From Takakia lepidozioides (lineage: Eukaryota; Plantae; Bryophyta), in contig CM060733.1 of the NCBI GenBank assembly GCA_030704615.1, positions 14,260,001 through 14,324,000 of the forward strand: 64,000 bases of DNA, written 5' to 3'. The stretch's first letter is position 1. Each line of letters begins with the position of its first letter. Under the pieces are notes generated by a model, which was given only the letters and a program-made list of their open reading frames with translations, ran no database searches and was not told where the DNA came from. The position numbers were made by a program, and so were the translations under genes. Below are positions 24,001 through 37,600 of the stretch, piece by piece.

Positions 24001-27000
24001 CAGAAGAAAATACAAACCATCATCGAGTGGATTAAACCAACTTCGGTCCGAGATGTACAATGTTTTCTGGGTTTTACAAATTTCTATAGAATCTTCATCA
24101 AGGACTACTCCAAAATTGTTACACCATTGACACGACTCACATGGAAGGACAAATTTGTATGGGGCGAGAAGGCTGACCAAACATTTAAAAGGCTGAAGCA
24201 GACATTTACAACGGCTCCAATACTGGTACATGCATACCCATCTAAACCATTCTTTTTTGAAGCACATGCATCGGACTTTGTATTTGGCGCTATATTTTCT
24301 CAATATGGTATGAATGGCCGACTTCACCCTGTTGGTTTTCGTTCTCGCAAACTTTCTGCTGCAGAGATCAATTATGAAATCCATGACAAAGAACTTCTAG
24401 CGATCATCGATGCTTTTGAGGAGTGACGTCATTTATTGGAGGGAGTTAAACATCAGGTCACTGTCTATATCGATCACAAAAACCTCGAATATTTTATGAG
24501 TGCTCGTGTTTTGAATCGACGTCAAGCAAGATGGGGTATGTCACTAGCAAGGTTAGATTTTGTTATTACCTATCGCCCTTGACATCTTCAAGGGAAACCC
24601 GATGCTCTTTCTCGACGATCGTATCTTGCGCCGAAAAAAAGGGAGACAACTTTCGACCAACAGAAATCCATCAACTTGAAACCAACAAATCTCCAATTGA
24701 ATATGTTATCCATATCTACGTATGACGATGCAGAGATCATAAAGGAGATTCAGGAAGCACTGAAGAGCGACCAATTTGCTATGACACTACGAAGTCAACT
24801 AAATCGACCTCGAGACAACCCATATGTTACAAACGACTTCAAATTCAAAAATGACTCACTTTATTTCAAGAGACTTCTCTATGTACCTACAGGACCTACA
24901 CGACTTCGAATTTTTCAAACATGTCATGATCTTCCGGCTGTAGGATATTTCGGCTTCAACAAAACAATGAAATTGATATCCATGGACTATTGGTGGCCGC
25001 AGATGTGGAAACTCGTGAAAGAATTTATAAAATCTTGCGACACGTGTGCTTGGGCGAAGAGACCACGACATCGACCTTACGGCCTTCTTCAACCATTACC
25101 CATTCCCAAGGGTCTATGGTCATCATTGTCTATGGATTTTATTACGGACCTTCCAATTTCCAAGACCACCGACTAAATGCTTGTTATTGTTGATCGTCCT
25201 ACGAAGATGACACATTTCATTCCATGTAATAAGACGATTACAGGCGAGGAAACTGCAAGACTCTTCCTTAATAATATTTACCGCATTCATGGACTCCCGA
25301 ATGATATCGTTTCTGATCGAGGACCACAGTTCACATCAAATTTCTGGAGGGGATTATTTCACATATTGGATATTAAGATCAACCTCTCTACAGCTAATCA
25401 TCCACAGACTGATGGTCAAACCGAACGAGTAAACCAGATCTTGGAGCAATATTTTCGTTGTACGATAAATTATCACCAAGATAACTGGACAGACCTTCTG
25501 CCATTAGCTGAGTTTGCCTACAACAACACTATACATTCTTTGACCAAACCAACTCATTTTTCTCCAATTATGGTCATCATTATCGATCAAACCCTTTCCA
25601 TATGAAGATTGTTGAAAACCCTGCTGTAGGAAACCTTGCTACTCATCTTCCTACGATTCACAAGGAGCTTACATTCCACCTCACAGAAGCTCAAAAACAA
25701 TACTATGAGTATACAGATCAACATCGTCAATTCCAACCCCAGTTCAAGGTCAGAGATCATGTGTGGTTTCTTCGACGGGACATACAAACCTCGCGACCAT
25801 CAAGGAAGTTGGATTATCAACGCCTGGGACCATTCAAAATTATTCGACAAATAAATCCGGTCAATTTTCGGCTTGAACTCCTACGAAGTATGCACATCCA
25901 TCCAGTCTTTCATGTTTCATTATTGAAGTTGTATCATCCATCGAATATTCCAGGGAGAGTCTCCATACCATCTCCACCAATCGAAGTCAATCAGGAAATT
26001 GAGTATGAAGTCGATGAAGTCCTAGACTCTCGCATGAAATATAAACGTCTTGAGTATTTCGTACATTGGAAAGGCTACAACATCAGTGAACGAACGTGAG
26101 AACCTTCATCCAACCTTGCCAATGCATCTAACAAAGTTCAAGAGTTTCATCAACGATATCCAGCTAAGCCCCGAACTACATGTCAATAAGACGTCACAAC
26201 GATGATGTCAGTCAAGTTAGCTTCAAGATGAAGACTCAACATTCAGTGTACCTGATACAGTCTAAGGAGGGAGGAGCACCACACATCAGTATATATAACT
26301 ACACTTCTAGCATTCTTGCATCTTGTATTGGCAGCATGGAGTCACAAGAACCAGATACATTGGAGTTGTTGCTTATCTAACTACCAGATCAGCCGTTCCG
26401 ACTCTCACGACCTTCAACATCATGCCGACGCTATCGATACGATAGACCACCAATCCGACGCGTACTTCCTCGTCTGGACCCCGTACGACGGCAAGTGGAG
26501 CCTACTCGAAGTCTGATAATCCTGTTGGAGGTTGAGGCTTCGAACTCAGATGACAACGAAATCATGTTTGAAGGCAGCTTCGAAAATCAGAATGCTCAAA
26601 TCACTGCGTGGTCCCAAATTCAAGGTGTTGGACACTATCGTTGGTTGTAGGGACCTATAAATCATTTGAGTCAAGAACGAAGAGCCGAATACTTGACAAG
26701 TACCATTCGCGGGATTTTGGATTTTCTCCAACTCTAAGCAAGTCTAAGATTTTACCGCTCCTCGAGGAACTCGGCGCTAGAGGAGGGGGTGATGTCACGG
26801 ACATAGCCCAGAAGAACTTACCAGGAGTAAATACCAAAAATTACCAAATTATCATGTTATCAAAAATTACTGTAATTTACCACGATCTACCATAATTTAC
26901 CATAATTTATCATAAGTTATCATAAATTACCAAGTTACCGGGCGTTTACCAAATTACTGAGAATAACTAGGGAAACTGCTCTAGAAGCTTCCTTTGGAGG

Positions 27001-27405
27001 AAACTTCTCCATCAAGATACCTTATTTGTTTAAGGAAACTTCTCCACCAAGAAACCTTTGTTTAACCTTGGAAACTTCTCCATCAAGAAACCTCCATTGG
27101 GGAAGCTTCTTAGGGAACTTCTTAGTAGCCAGTATATATAGGAGGCAAGACTGGACACTCTTCAGTCTCGCCAACACAAGTTCAAGCTACTCTTGTTTCC
27201 AGTCCCAGTACTCTAGTCCAGTTTCCAGCATTTCAGTATCCATGTCAAGTTCCAGTATCTTGTACTCTTGTCCATTGTTATAAAGATCATCTTGATTCAT
27301 GTTTACCCATCATGCATTCGGCCACGCCGACCTTGATTTCTTATCTAGTCTTGTACATCTAGTCTGATCTCTTGTTTGTATTCATTCATGTCCTCGTCAT
27401 TGACA
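21034..27405 (+). mobile_element. Full-length decayed Ty3/gypsy chromovirus (Tcn1/Tf1-like) LTR retrotransposon
   Basis: LTRs 21034-21604 and 26793-27405 (TGTCA...TGACA), 5-bp TSD TTCCC on both sides, PPT AGAGGAGGGGGTGA. Gag has PEKFDG, PMQID and CLYCG..H; protease FLDSGAS; RT YLDD at 23821; RNase H; integrase SDRGPQF/GQTERVN; GPF; chromodomain EYEVDEVLDSR..YFVHWKGY. Many stops and frameshifts. Confidence 0.97.
21607..21617 (+). promoter_or_regulatory. Self-priming primer-binding site
   Basis: TTGGCGAGACT is the exact reverse complement of AGTCTCGCCAA at 21363-21373 in the LTR, about 25-30 nt after TATATATA. Confidence 0.8.
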
Positions 27406-27919
27406 TTCCCTGCTTCTCCTGAACCTCGCTGCTGGGAAGAAGAGAGAATTGTCGTGCCGTGGGGGAAGACGATTGCCTAAACTTGTCTGCCAACCCTAAT
27501 GTGCGAACCGAGCTAAATCCGAGCCACAACGTATGTATATGTGAGCATGTATGGATAAAAGATTATATGTGCAGGATATACGGTTGTTAACGCGGGGTTT
27601 TAGATTCCTTGCGCAAGGAAGATGCCATAGCCACCGCTGGAGTGTAAGCATAAAAGAGGCAATTCTGGGGTGAGTGGAAAGCATGGCCTTTTTGGTATTC
27701 CATATGCATGGCCCCGCAATGCATGTCTAACCATAATACTCGCCCAATTTGATGTAGCAGTAGGTGGTGGTTTTGGGTTCAAATCATAGATAGTATTTTA
27801 TATGAACGTGGGTTGTATATATTCATTATTTCTTCCACCCTTCTTTTTATAGGGCCCACCCCCGAAAGGGGCAGTAGCCGCAAGGCGAAGTGGCTCTTAG
27901 TTACGCCGGCCTCAGCCGG

Positions 27920-27921
<2 letters not shown>

Positions 27922-27958
<37 letters not shown>
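27922..27958. repeat. (TC)n microsatellite
   Basis: Direct reading of the sequence. Confidence 0.95.
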
Positions 27959-27962
<4 letters not shown>

Positions 27963-29106
27963 CCACATAAAAATTCAGTTTTTAGATTGAATTGTGAATC
28001 TCAAATTAACACAATCCATGTAATATGGAATGAGTATAAACATCCTCATTTTGTTAATTATTGTTCATGCTTGGGATGCAAATGAGTCTAACCCTGCGGT
28101 CCTAGCATATTATTCTTCTAGGGTTCTTTCTTTCTTTCTTTCTTTTCTTTTTTCTTTAATAAATGGAAACACCCAAGAGCAACCGCCCACGAAGCAGGCC
28201 TTAGGCTTCTTTCTCTTATTGTCAAGTTGTTCTTCTTTCTCTTATTGTCAAGTTGTTCAATACCATGTAGCGAACTCTATTGTTATATTTATTGAAAAGG
28301 TCATGAACGTCTCAACCTCAGTCATGTCCAAATGTTGTAGGGGCATATGTTATATTATCGCAAACTGTGCTTTGCAATTGTTGATGTTAAAATCCCTAGT
28401 GCTATAACTAGTCCTTCATTAAAACAATATAAGTTCAGTAATTAAGGTTAAGGATTATACCACTTCATATGATTATACTTTTGTATGTAGGAAACCAAAA
28501 GTTACAGTTTAACAATATCTTCCTTACACAATTTTATGTTGAAGTTTTTTCTTTCATTTTTAACTTGTGGTTTATGATCACATTCAAATATTATGTAGTG
28601 TAATATATGGAATTCTAGTAATAGGTATAAGCTTTGTTAGCGGTGGTCTTGTGATTATAATTATAATCATATACTAGAACAAGTAAATTAGGAAAACATC
28701 ATTACAATATTTGATGTGAACTTATGAGATATACACAAATGGTTTTAACTTGCCTTTATTAGTCTTTACATAATGGATGCTCATAAATTTGTACCTAGGT
28801 CATGAGTTAAAAAACTGGAATGACGAATAGCAAACACTTTTAGGTTTATATATGTGTTTCGTTTTAGATATTTCATGAATACAAAAGCCTGAAAAATGAC
28901 TGAATCATTATATTCTTGATCTGAAATTATGTCCTTTAAAGAAGTCATACTGATAATAGGGTCAATCTTTGAAAACTTAGATAAATGTTAGGTAAACAAT
29001 CGTAATCAATTTTGTACATATGATATAAATTCTTATCAATCCGTTTTATCGATATAAATATTATTGTACATAATATATGACTTGTTTCCCTACAAACAAG
29101 AAAAAT

Positions 29107-32100
29107 ATGGGCAACAAACAATCTCATGCCCATGCTGAAAAGGAGACCAAACAACAGACCGACCAACCATCGACTTCAAATCACGAAGCTGAAGATTCAA
29201 GTAAAATATTACCAAAGGAGGAAGAGAGAAGTGCTCCATTGCAACCATCTGTAATTGATAATGTGCAACTTGATACGTCATTCAAGGCTGATGAAGAGGT
29301 TGAGTCGAAAAAAAGGCCGGATCAACAAGATCTAGCTAGTATTGCAGCTCCTAGCAGTAGAGCAATGGACAAACCCAACACAAATACGAAAGAAAAAAAG
29401 AAATCTAAGGAATCTGTATCTGCCTCACGCTGTACTCATCGTGGCAGGCTACCAAAGTCACGGCCATATATATCTAAAGAATGTCTTAAAGCAATCAAAG
29501 TGGCTGCAAGTGCAAGGGCTCCAATTCCAGAAGATAGGTCACGGAAGATTGAACGCCTTAAAGGTTTTGACAAAGAACAATACTTGGAGGAGCTTATGAA
29601 ACTGAAGATAGCTCTAGCTGATCAAGCTTATCACCTAAAGCTTCACAAGCGTTATCTTATATATATCCGACAACAAAACAAGTTGAGCTCACTTCTTCTT
29701 TCTCTACTCTTTTATGCAATTTGTCTATAAATATATATATATATTCCTGGAACAGGGACAGTGGCCTTGGAAACTTTATTTGAAAAAGTTATTGAAGGGA
29801 AAAAGATTAAAACCCTTGTCTGCCTGAAGGTCTATATTGTATACTACATATTATTGAATTAAAGCATGTAATTGTTGGAAATATTGTAGAGAGTTGGAGA
29901 AGAACATTGAGGGGTTGGAGGAATTTGATGGATTGAAAGCTCCACGAACAGGAGGCTCTGGTCGCCTTCATGCGAAGATAGCAGGCTTGTGCCCCTTCAC
30001 CTAAGAAGATTATCATTTACGCATGTCCGGTTTATATATACACTGTCTTAAATTGTGAATTGGATGAATAATGCAAGTAAACCATGTAAGCTATGCTTTT
30101 TTGTTTTTTCCAGCATATTAAATTACTGATATATGTATAGTTAATGAATTAACTAGTTAATGTGTAGAGCAAGTCAAACCAATGAACAATGAACAATTGC
30201 TGTTAAGAGTTGAATATAGGCGAAATATCAAATAATTAGTTAGATATACCAACACATATTAGATATTTGAATTTGATTGTTGACATTGAAAGATGGTTGT
30301 AGGGTTGCAGGCACGGATTGAAAATTTGGAGAATGGTATTATGACCCAATCTGAAGATGTCAATAAACTTAAATCGAATTTTCAAGTCAGTGCGACTCGG
30401 GTACGACATAACACACAATATAATATAATACTAAGTAGGTGTCCAGTGTCCACCTTCCTACCGGACGGCAATAGCCCTTCAGGGTCCAGAGACACCATAA
30501 ATTAAGCTTCCTTCTGGAGGCTTCATATATTATATTATAACACTAAGTATTTCATAATGTGAACGTCAACAACAAAGAGAGCTCTTAAATTTGTTAGAGA
30601 GTTTGATTCTGCTTGAAAGGATTTGAGAATATAGAATATATGGATATAATTTTTATGAGCCTATCTAGTGAAAATTGAAGGGCTGGCAAGTTGCATGGCC
30701 AAGACTCCAGAAGAAAAATGCCCTTGGCTTACTGTTTCTTCATTTTCTTTAATGTACATTATAATAGGTTGCAATAGATAGCATCTAACATATGGCTGGG
30801 TGGTTGCACTTGAAGGTTGTGTTGTGGGGTTAAAATCATATAGGTGTATGTTGGATGTTGTCACCCATTATAGCCAACCTCGGAACTATAAAAAAGGGCA
30901 TAGTGGTCATCTAATACGAATACCTAATGACTTTGGAGTCATGGGGACGTTTTGGGTGACCGAGTTGCCCCCCTTATGGACGTTAGAAAGTGTCCATCTT
31001 CCGCAGTAGTCTTCGGTAGGAGTATCTTAGAATAGGATATATGGCTAACTATCCGTAACTATATCTAAACATCCTACACAATTCAAACATGCACATAAGT
31101 TCTTTTGAAATTTTAAAAGTTAAATGTAAGTAAAAAAAAAGAAAAAAGTAAGTACCAAGTACAATTGAAGTTTAATATATTACATGAATTTAACTCAACA
31201 TTAGTTATCACATATTTACAATAACATAAGTTAAGTTAATTGTGCATTTTTAGTTCTTTAAAATGTTAAGTTGATTTTAACATTACATGCAACTTGAAAT
31301 AAGATATGATTAGTCATACGTTGTAGCTGATCCCGAGAGAATTCATCTCGTGGGGAGCTTAAGGCCGGAGCAATGCCAAACTCAAACTCACCCGGAAGAG
31401 CCATTTTGGAGCATGTGACATGCACACCTTGAGCACCCCCACTTGAATGGATTAGAGACTTACTGTAGCTGCTGGCATTCATGTCGCTCCTTTGTCATAT
31501 AGTTCATAGCTTTGCAGGGTGTAATCTGCTCTAATAGTATGTTTAGACAGCAGATGTAGTATATCTATGATGGAAAGGCTAGTATGACATATACACAAGA
31601 TGATGGATACCTATATAGGTGTAACTTGGGGGTTTAGCTAAGGAGAAGGAAGTATGCCTACCAATTTGATGGCTTAAAGGAAAATACAAGTCTCATTGTG
31701 GGCCGGAAAAGTTGGCCTACTACTTAGTAGGTGCAAATGAATAGCATTGAAGGCTTCAAATTTCACAAGTGAACCATCTCTTTGTATTGTTTAAGAAAAA
31801 CATATTATGTATGTAGATATAGTTTTATTATTATTATTATACTTTTTGTGAGAACAGTGGGGGAGGCCCTGGAGATCTTTATTTAGAATTATTTACAGGG
31901 GAAAAAATGAAGATATAGGTATTCTTGTTGATATTATGCTTAAAATACACTAGTATTTTATAATTCAAAATGTACGACATGATAATTATGCATGACATAT
32001 CGACCGTGGTCATCTACTAATCACAACATTAGATATATATAAACTGAAAAACATGTTGTTGTTCTTATCATTTTAATCTTTATAGAGATATTTGTTATGA

Positions 32101-32736
32101 TACAGGAAGTAGAGGTGCAGAGAGATATTTTTGCCACTGAGATCATGAGGCTACAACAATTGGTGAGGTACCATAAGATAATGCACAAATGTCTCATTGC
32201 CGAAAGAAAAGGGTACACAACCCTGAAAGAGAAGACCATTCCTAGATTGGAAAAAGAAAATCGCGATCATGAGACTGTCATCAGTGTAAGACCTTATAGT
32301 TTGTAAGTTTTCTTGGTTATTTTGTTGGGCGACAGTTCCGAAATGCCAAAAATCATAGTTTCTGAAAATTGAAGCTCTCACAAATTTGACCACAATTTAT
32401 TTTCTATTATCGTCTGAAGATCATTTTGTGTTATTTTTATTCTCGTTTTCTTGACTAAAACTTGTCATGAAAAAAATATTATCTTCCTTCCAGAGTGCAG
32501 ATAAAGATGTACAAAAGAATGAAGGCGATATTGAAGAGCTCCAACAACAGACGGAAGAGCTGGAGGGGTTGTCGAAGGAAAATAAAAAGAAAATTGAAGA
32601 GTTGGATGGGACGAGAAAAGTTCTTCAAGCCAAGCTGAAGCAAGAAAACGCCAAGAAGCGAAAGAAAATGCAAGAAATTTGGTTTCTGGAGGCGGAGATC
32701 AGAGTTGCTGAAAACCAGAAAATAAATCAGAAATGA
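29107..32736 (+). CDS. Putative spliced coiled-coil protein of unknown function inside the TIR element
   Basis: ORF from MGNKQSHA (29107) plus AG/GT-bounded Glu/Lys/Gln-rich exons at about 30303-30385, 32106-32285 and 32494-32736. The end of exon 1 is uncertain. Confidence 0.45.
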
Positions 32737-34607
32737 AGGGAGGACCCACTTTCCTTGAGATCTACTCCCTGTCTTCCTCTCACTTCTTCTAGAGCTTTCT
32801 GGTAGGACCTTACCTTTCGTTACTCCCAGTGAGGGGCGGTGTCCCCTTCTTCAGCCTCCATGGCCTGTCATGTGAGGTTATTTCTTCCTCATCTTTTACT
32901 AAAATTTCGGCCTGGCTGGGGCCTTCTTAACACAAAAAAGAAAAAGAAAAAGAAAATAGAAGGGAGGACCCACTTTCAATTAATTAAGTGTTAATTCTAC
33001 TAAACTGATTACCTCAACAATCCCAGCCTGATTTCATTTATAAACTTATACTGCACCAAAAAATGAATGAATAAATAAATGCGCGTTATGACCCTGTCAA
33101 TGTATATATCCATTTTGTTCATCCATTCTGTTGACACCCTAAGTCTGTTCATCTATGTAACCAATGGCTGTCACGAGGACGTTCTGTTCATCAGCGACAA
33201 GGCTCGAGACTTTTAGTCCGTCTGGCCCAACATGATGGAGTTCACCAACCCACCAACCTGCAGACTTCATTCAGACGTCACTTTCATCTGACTTCATCCA
33301 TGGAAGTTACGCCATAGATGAAAATCGACGTGACCCTTATGAAGAATAAGGATGAGAGTTGTTGGATGAAAACGAGAATGTTTTTTGGAGGGCAGCGCGA
33401 CAATGATCATGAGGACTCCGGCCGACGCCGGCGTAACTAAGAGCCACTGTTCACTTATTTTAATAGATTATAGTAAAACTCGAAAACAAGCCTTAGTTAA
33501 TCCCTAATTAAGCCCGCCGTACGCCCACACTATAGCTGCACAACTATAGCAAGCGACTGCTGCAGGGATGTGGGCAGCGCTAGGGCGGGTGCTGCAAGGC
33601 TGCACTGCACCTCGCAGTCCCCGTGAAGCGCACCTGGTCCTTCACATTCCCTTCCTGTCCATGCAGGCCTGCCATCGCTCCTTCTGTTTCTAGGACATTG
33701 CTTGCCTGTAATCTGCGATCCTTCACCTTTATTTCCTTCTGCTGCTGGAATCTCTCTTCCTGACTCTTTCTAAATGACTAGACGTTTGAATCCTGCTTTG
33801 TCTCTCATTTTCTCTCTCCTGTTGCTTGGATCCTGCCGGGTCCTGGAGGTTTTAGGGCTGTCGTGCTCTCTGGCTGCTGCAATTGGTTGATATGCGGGAC
33901 GGGTAGGTTTACACATAATCTGTGGGAGTAGTCCATCGGCTGTGATGGTATCTTCTCCTTTCGCACATGATATGGGATCAGTTTAGGGGTGTAGGGCAGT
34001 CTGGACTTATGAATACTAGCTGAGCAAATTAAGGGAGGTGTGTGTAATGAAAGGAGCGATCAATATTACAATTTGGCAATTTCCGAAAAGATGTGTTGAG
34101 GGGCGGACCCGGTTAGATGTGTCGTTGTATTGAGAGCATACCTTCACTGAGCTTGCTTAACATCGAGCTGGTATCTTGGGATTCCTTTGGTGCATCGGTT
34201 TCTACACGACACTGGAGCGCAGTGCAATTAAATGTTGCCGCGATGAAGCTGAGGCTTTGAGCGTCTGATTTTTCCTTTTTAATGGATAGTGTAGGTCTTG
34301 TGAAAGTGTGGGTGGATGCTATCCAGCGTGATGCTACCGGGGTGCAGAGTTCCCTACATCTCGCTAAAATTTATGTGGGTAGGGAAATACCAGTTGAGTA
34401 CATGTGTATATATGAGTGTGTAACAGCACAATTGCAGCTCCAGCATCTAAGTTGTTCCCCAAAACAGTCCTGATTAGAGGATGCTATCGATTGAAACCAT
34501 TCCATGCATTCCTCGTGAAGGTAGTTTCACTCTCCAGTAAGGCATGATAGTCTCAGACGCGGCGACCCGCAAGAGGCGACCATAAGCAACTCGTAAGAGA
34601 TACAGGG

Positions 34608-37600
34608 ATGTGGTTTTGGAGGGAGAAGTCCAGAATGGCACAGTCAGAGCGGCTGAGGGGGAAAGCAGCCTTGAGCTCTGTGCAGGTGAGTGCTCATCGT
34701 GTGAAAAGTGTGATGGCATCAAGCTTGTAATTTTGGAAGCCTTTGCTTAGGGGCATCCAGATGTCGTCCTCCTGAGGGATGTAATTCTATTTTGATATTT
34801 ATGGACACTGTGCGGCAAGTTAGATTCACAGTTGTAGAAAATGGTTCGTCAGCGTGAGATGTGCCTGAATTAGGACTGGCCCCATCGGTGACTTGGCAGA
34901 ATCCTTAAGCATAGCTCCTGATCTTGCAGCAAAGGTCCCCTATCAATTGCTAAAGAAGAGCCCTAAAACCTCCCATTCCCTTTCAAACCGTGGGGTGAAG
35001 GCAATTAAGCTTCAAAGGTTCCAACTTCATTTTTGAAGTCCAATAAGGGTCTGTCATCTGACCCTGGTGCCCGAGGTCCCTTGTTGTCACAATACCGTAG
35101 GGGTACTCAATTTCATCTCAAGCTTTTCGACTCTCCTTGTTAAGACAACCTCGCCATCGCAGACTGTTGAAGGTTGGCTGTCGCAGCATTGAAATTTGGT
35201 GACCCATGGAGTATGTGCCTTGATTGAGGGCTGGTATTTGTTCATGGGAACGTTGTGTTAGCCTGGATTTCATTAATGTTCCATGGTGATGGTCCCCATT
35301 CTGAAAACACTCCCTATTTTCTTCGCAGGTGAAATATGGGGCCAGCTTTATTAGCAGGGTCTATAATGCATATGTATACGCACTGCGACTCCCGCTCCCT
35401 CTTTTCAGTCTCATCATGCTCTCAAGCCCATTTTTACTTGGCACAGTCTTCACCGGTTTCTACCTGCTGGATGTGGAGGGCTTGTATATTCCAGAAGACC
35501 ATGCATTGGGGCGGAGGGACCAGTGGGAGGTCCTCCAACATGCAGGAGTGGATGCAAAGCTCCTCAAAATCTTTATCTTCAGTCTCTCCTTGTCTACCAC
35601 ATTTGGGGGCACTAGGGTCGAGGCTCGCTCACCATATGCACTTCTCCTTGCAAACTTAAACACTTTGATGGCTCAACTCATTTTTGTGGTCCTGAGTGGT
35701 GCAGGTAAGAGAACCTTTTCTGGTTTCCAGCATAATTGGTAGTCTTGCCTCTTTGTGTATTGTCTGGCTTTAGGTGTCAATTCTCTCCTTTTCGAACCAG
35801 CATACAGGTCCCTTTTTTGGTTGTTGCAGAGAAATAGACCACAACTTGACCTTGGTGAGGGTGACATAAATTTACATTCCTTTCCCACTACCCTCATAGC
35901 CATCACCAGAGATCGCCACAAAGGACTTAGGCATCTGGACGATTACCTAATATCACTAAGCTGTCACAATTCATATCAGGCAAACCTGCAGCACTTTACT
36001 GCATGTACATGCCCAAAAAGGTGTTCCTAGCAGAGGGGTAGCTGCAAGTAATAACTGATCAACATTCTATACTAATAGTCCTCCTCCCATCCCTTCTTTG
36101 GGCATCTATAATTGTCTGCAGGCAGCACATTAACACCTATTTATCTGGTTTGCTGCATTTTCCGACCTCCTTACACAAAAGGGATAAACCAATTGCAGTC
36201 TCCCAAATGTGGATTACAGAGAAAAAGGACTTATGAGGTTGTGGATAGCGAACTATTTTATGTGATAACATGAAACGGCCACAGTGGCCATTTTGTTGTT
36301 GTGCAGTGTTTCACAGGTTATCACAGCCAGCAGAGCCTGTACGCTGGTCAAAGGTGGCACTCATCACCACTGACCAGTTCATGGAGTTTGCAGCAAAGAA
36401 CCAACCTCCTGATCACAAGACCTACAAGTATATCATCTCCCTCTCTGTCTCTTTAGTGGCCACAAGGCTACGGCAAACAACGTCTTATGAGTACAATCTT
36501 TAGCTGTGAAGACTAGAAGTGCCTAGTGGCCTACCATGAGGCCTTCTCCCTGCTTGCCAAACTTTGAGTTGTTCTTGGTTCTGTTCCTCCCTTAGGCCTC
36601 CAGTGAAAGAAATAAATATGTTCTTTTCTGATTCATTGTCCTGGGTGCTCTCATGAGAGAGACACCCTCTTCAAATCCATCAAGGGCATTGTGCCTGAAC
36701 CTCTGTTTACAAACTTTGAAAGTCTCGAGGCTGAGCCAAAAGCCCAGGCCCTTTTGGGGCCACACACAGCAGATTGATGCTTGTATGAAGGGATTTCTAG
36801 AGGATATCTGGAAAACTCGGATTAATTGTCTGTTCCAAGGTAAGTCATACTACCTGCGTCAGCCCCTGACAAAGGTAGTTTCTCTCCCTTTGTGCTCCGC
36901 TCAAACTGGGCGTGGGATCAACGGCCACCAGGCTACGGCAAACAACGTCTTATGAGTACATTCTATCAAGGTAAGTGACACTGCCGGAGTGAGCCCCTCA
37001 CAAAGGTAGTTTCTGTTCCCTTTTGTTCCGCCCAAACTGGGCGTAGGTTCTATGGCCACAAGGCTACGGCAAATCTTATGAGTACATCCTCTCTCTCCTT
37101 CCTACCCTCAGCACTAGACTGAACTTTAAACTTAGGCAGGGGGAGTCTACATACGAACAATATTCAGATACAATGTCCGGGGTTGTCCAATCAGAGAGCG
37201 ACTTTTTTCAGGACCATCAAGAACATAGTCCCTGTGCCTCTGTTCACCAAATTTCAGGCCTGTTGGGGTCTAATTGCTGGGCACCTCACATGCAGCAGAT
37301 TGATGCTTGTGTGAAGGGGGCTCACTCCAGTCGTGGGACTTACCTTGGTATAAAAATTGGTTCCTCTAGAAAGCCCCTCACAAAGGCAGTGTCTGTTTCC
37401 TCTTGTTTTGCCTAAACTGAGCGCCGAGTCTTATGGCCACAAGGCTACAGCAAACAATGTTTAATGAGTACTGTCCTTCCTCCTCCCCCACCTTCCCCCC
37501 ACACCCTTCCCCTCTTCCTTGGTTCTCTGCAATTGGGTCCATACAATTGACCCAGCTTATTGACCTGTACTCCTGTTTGTGCTACCCATGGCAGGTCATT

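Larger units (their letters stand above)
27889..33448. mobile_element. Non-autonomous TIR element (35-bp TIRs), AT-rich interior
   Basis: AGTGGCTCTTAGTTACGCCGGCCTCAGCCGGAGTC at 27889 and its reverse complement (2 mismatches) ending at 33448. TTCATC-type subterminal repeats at 33100-33370. No TSD or transposase found. Confidence 0.75.
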
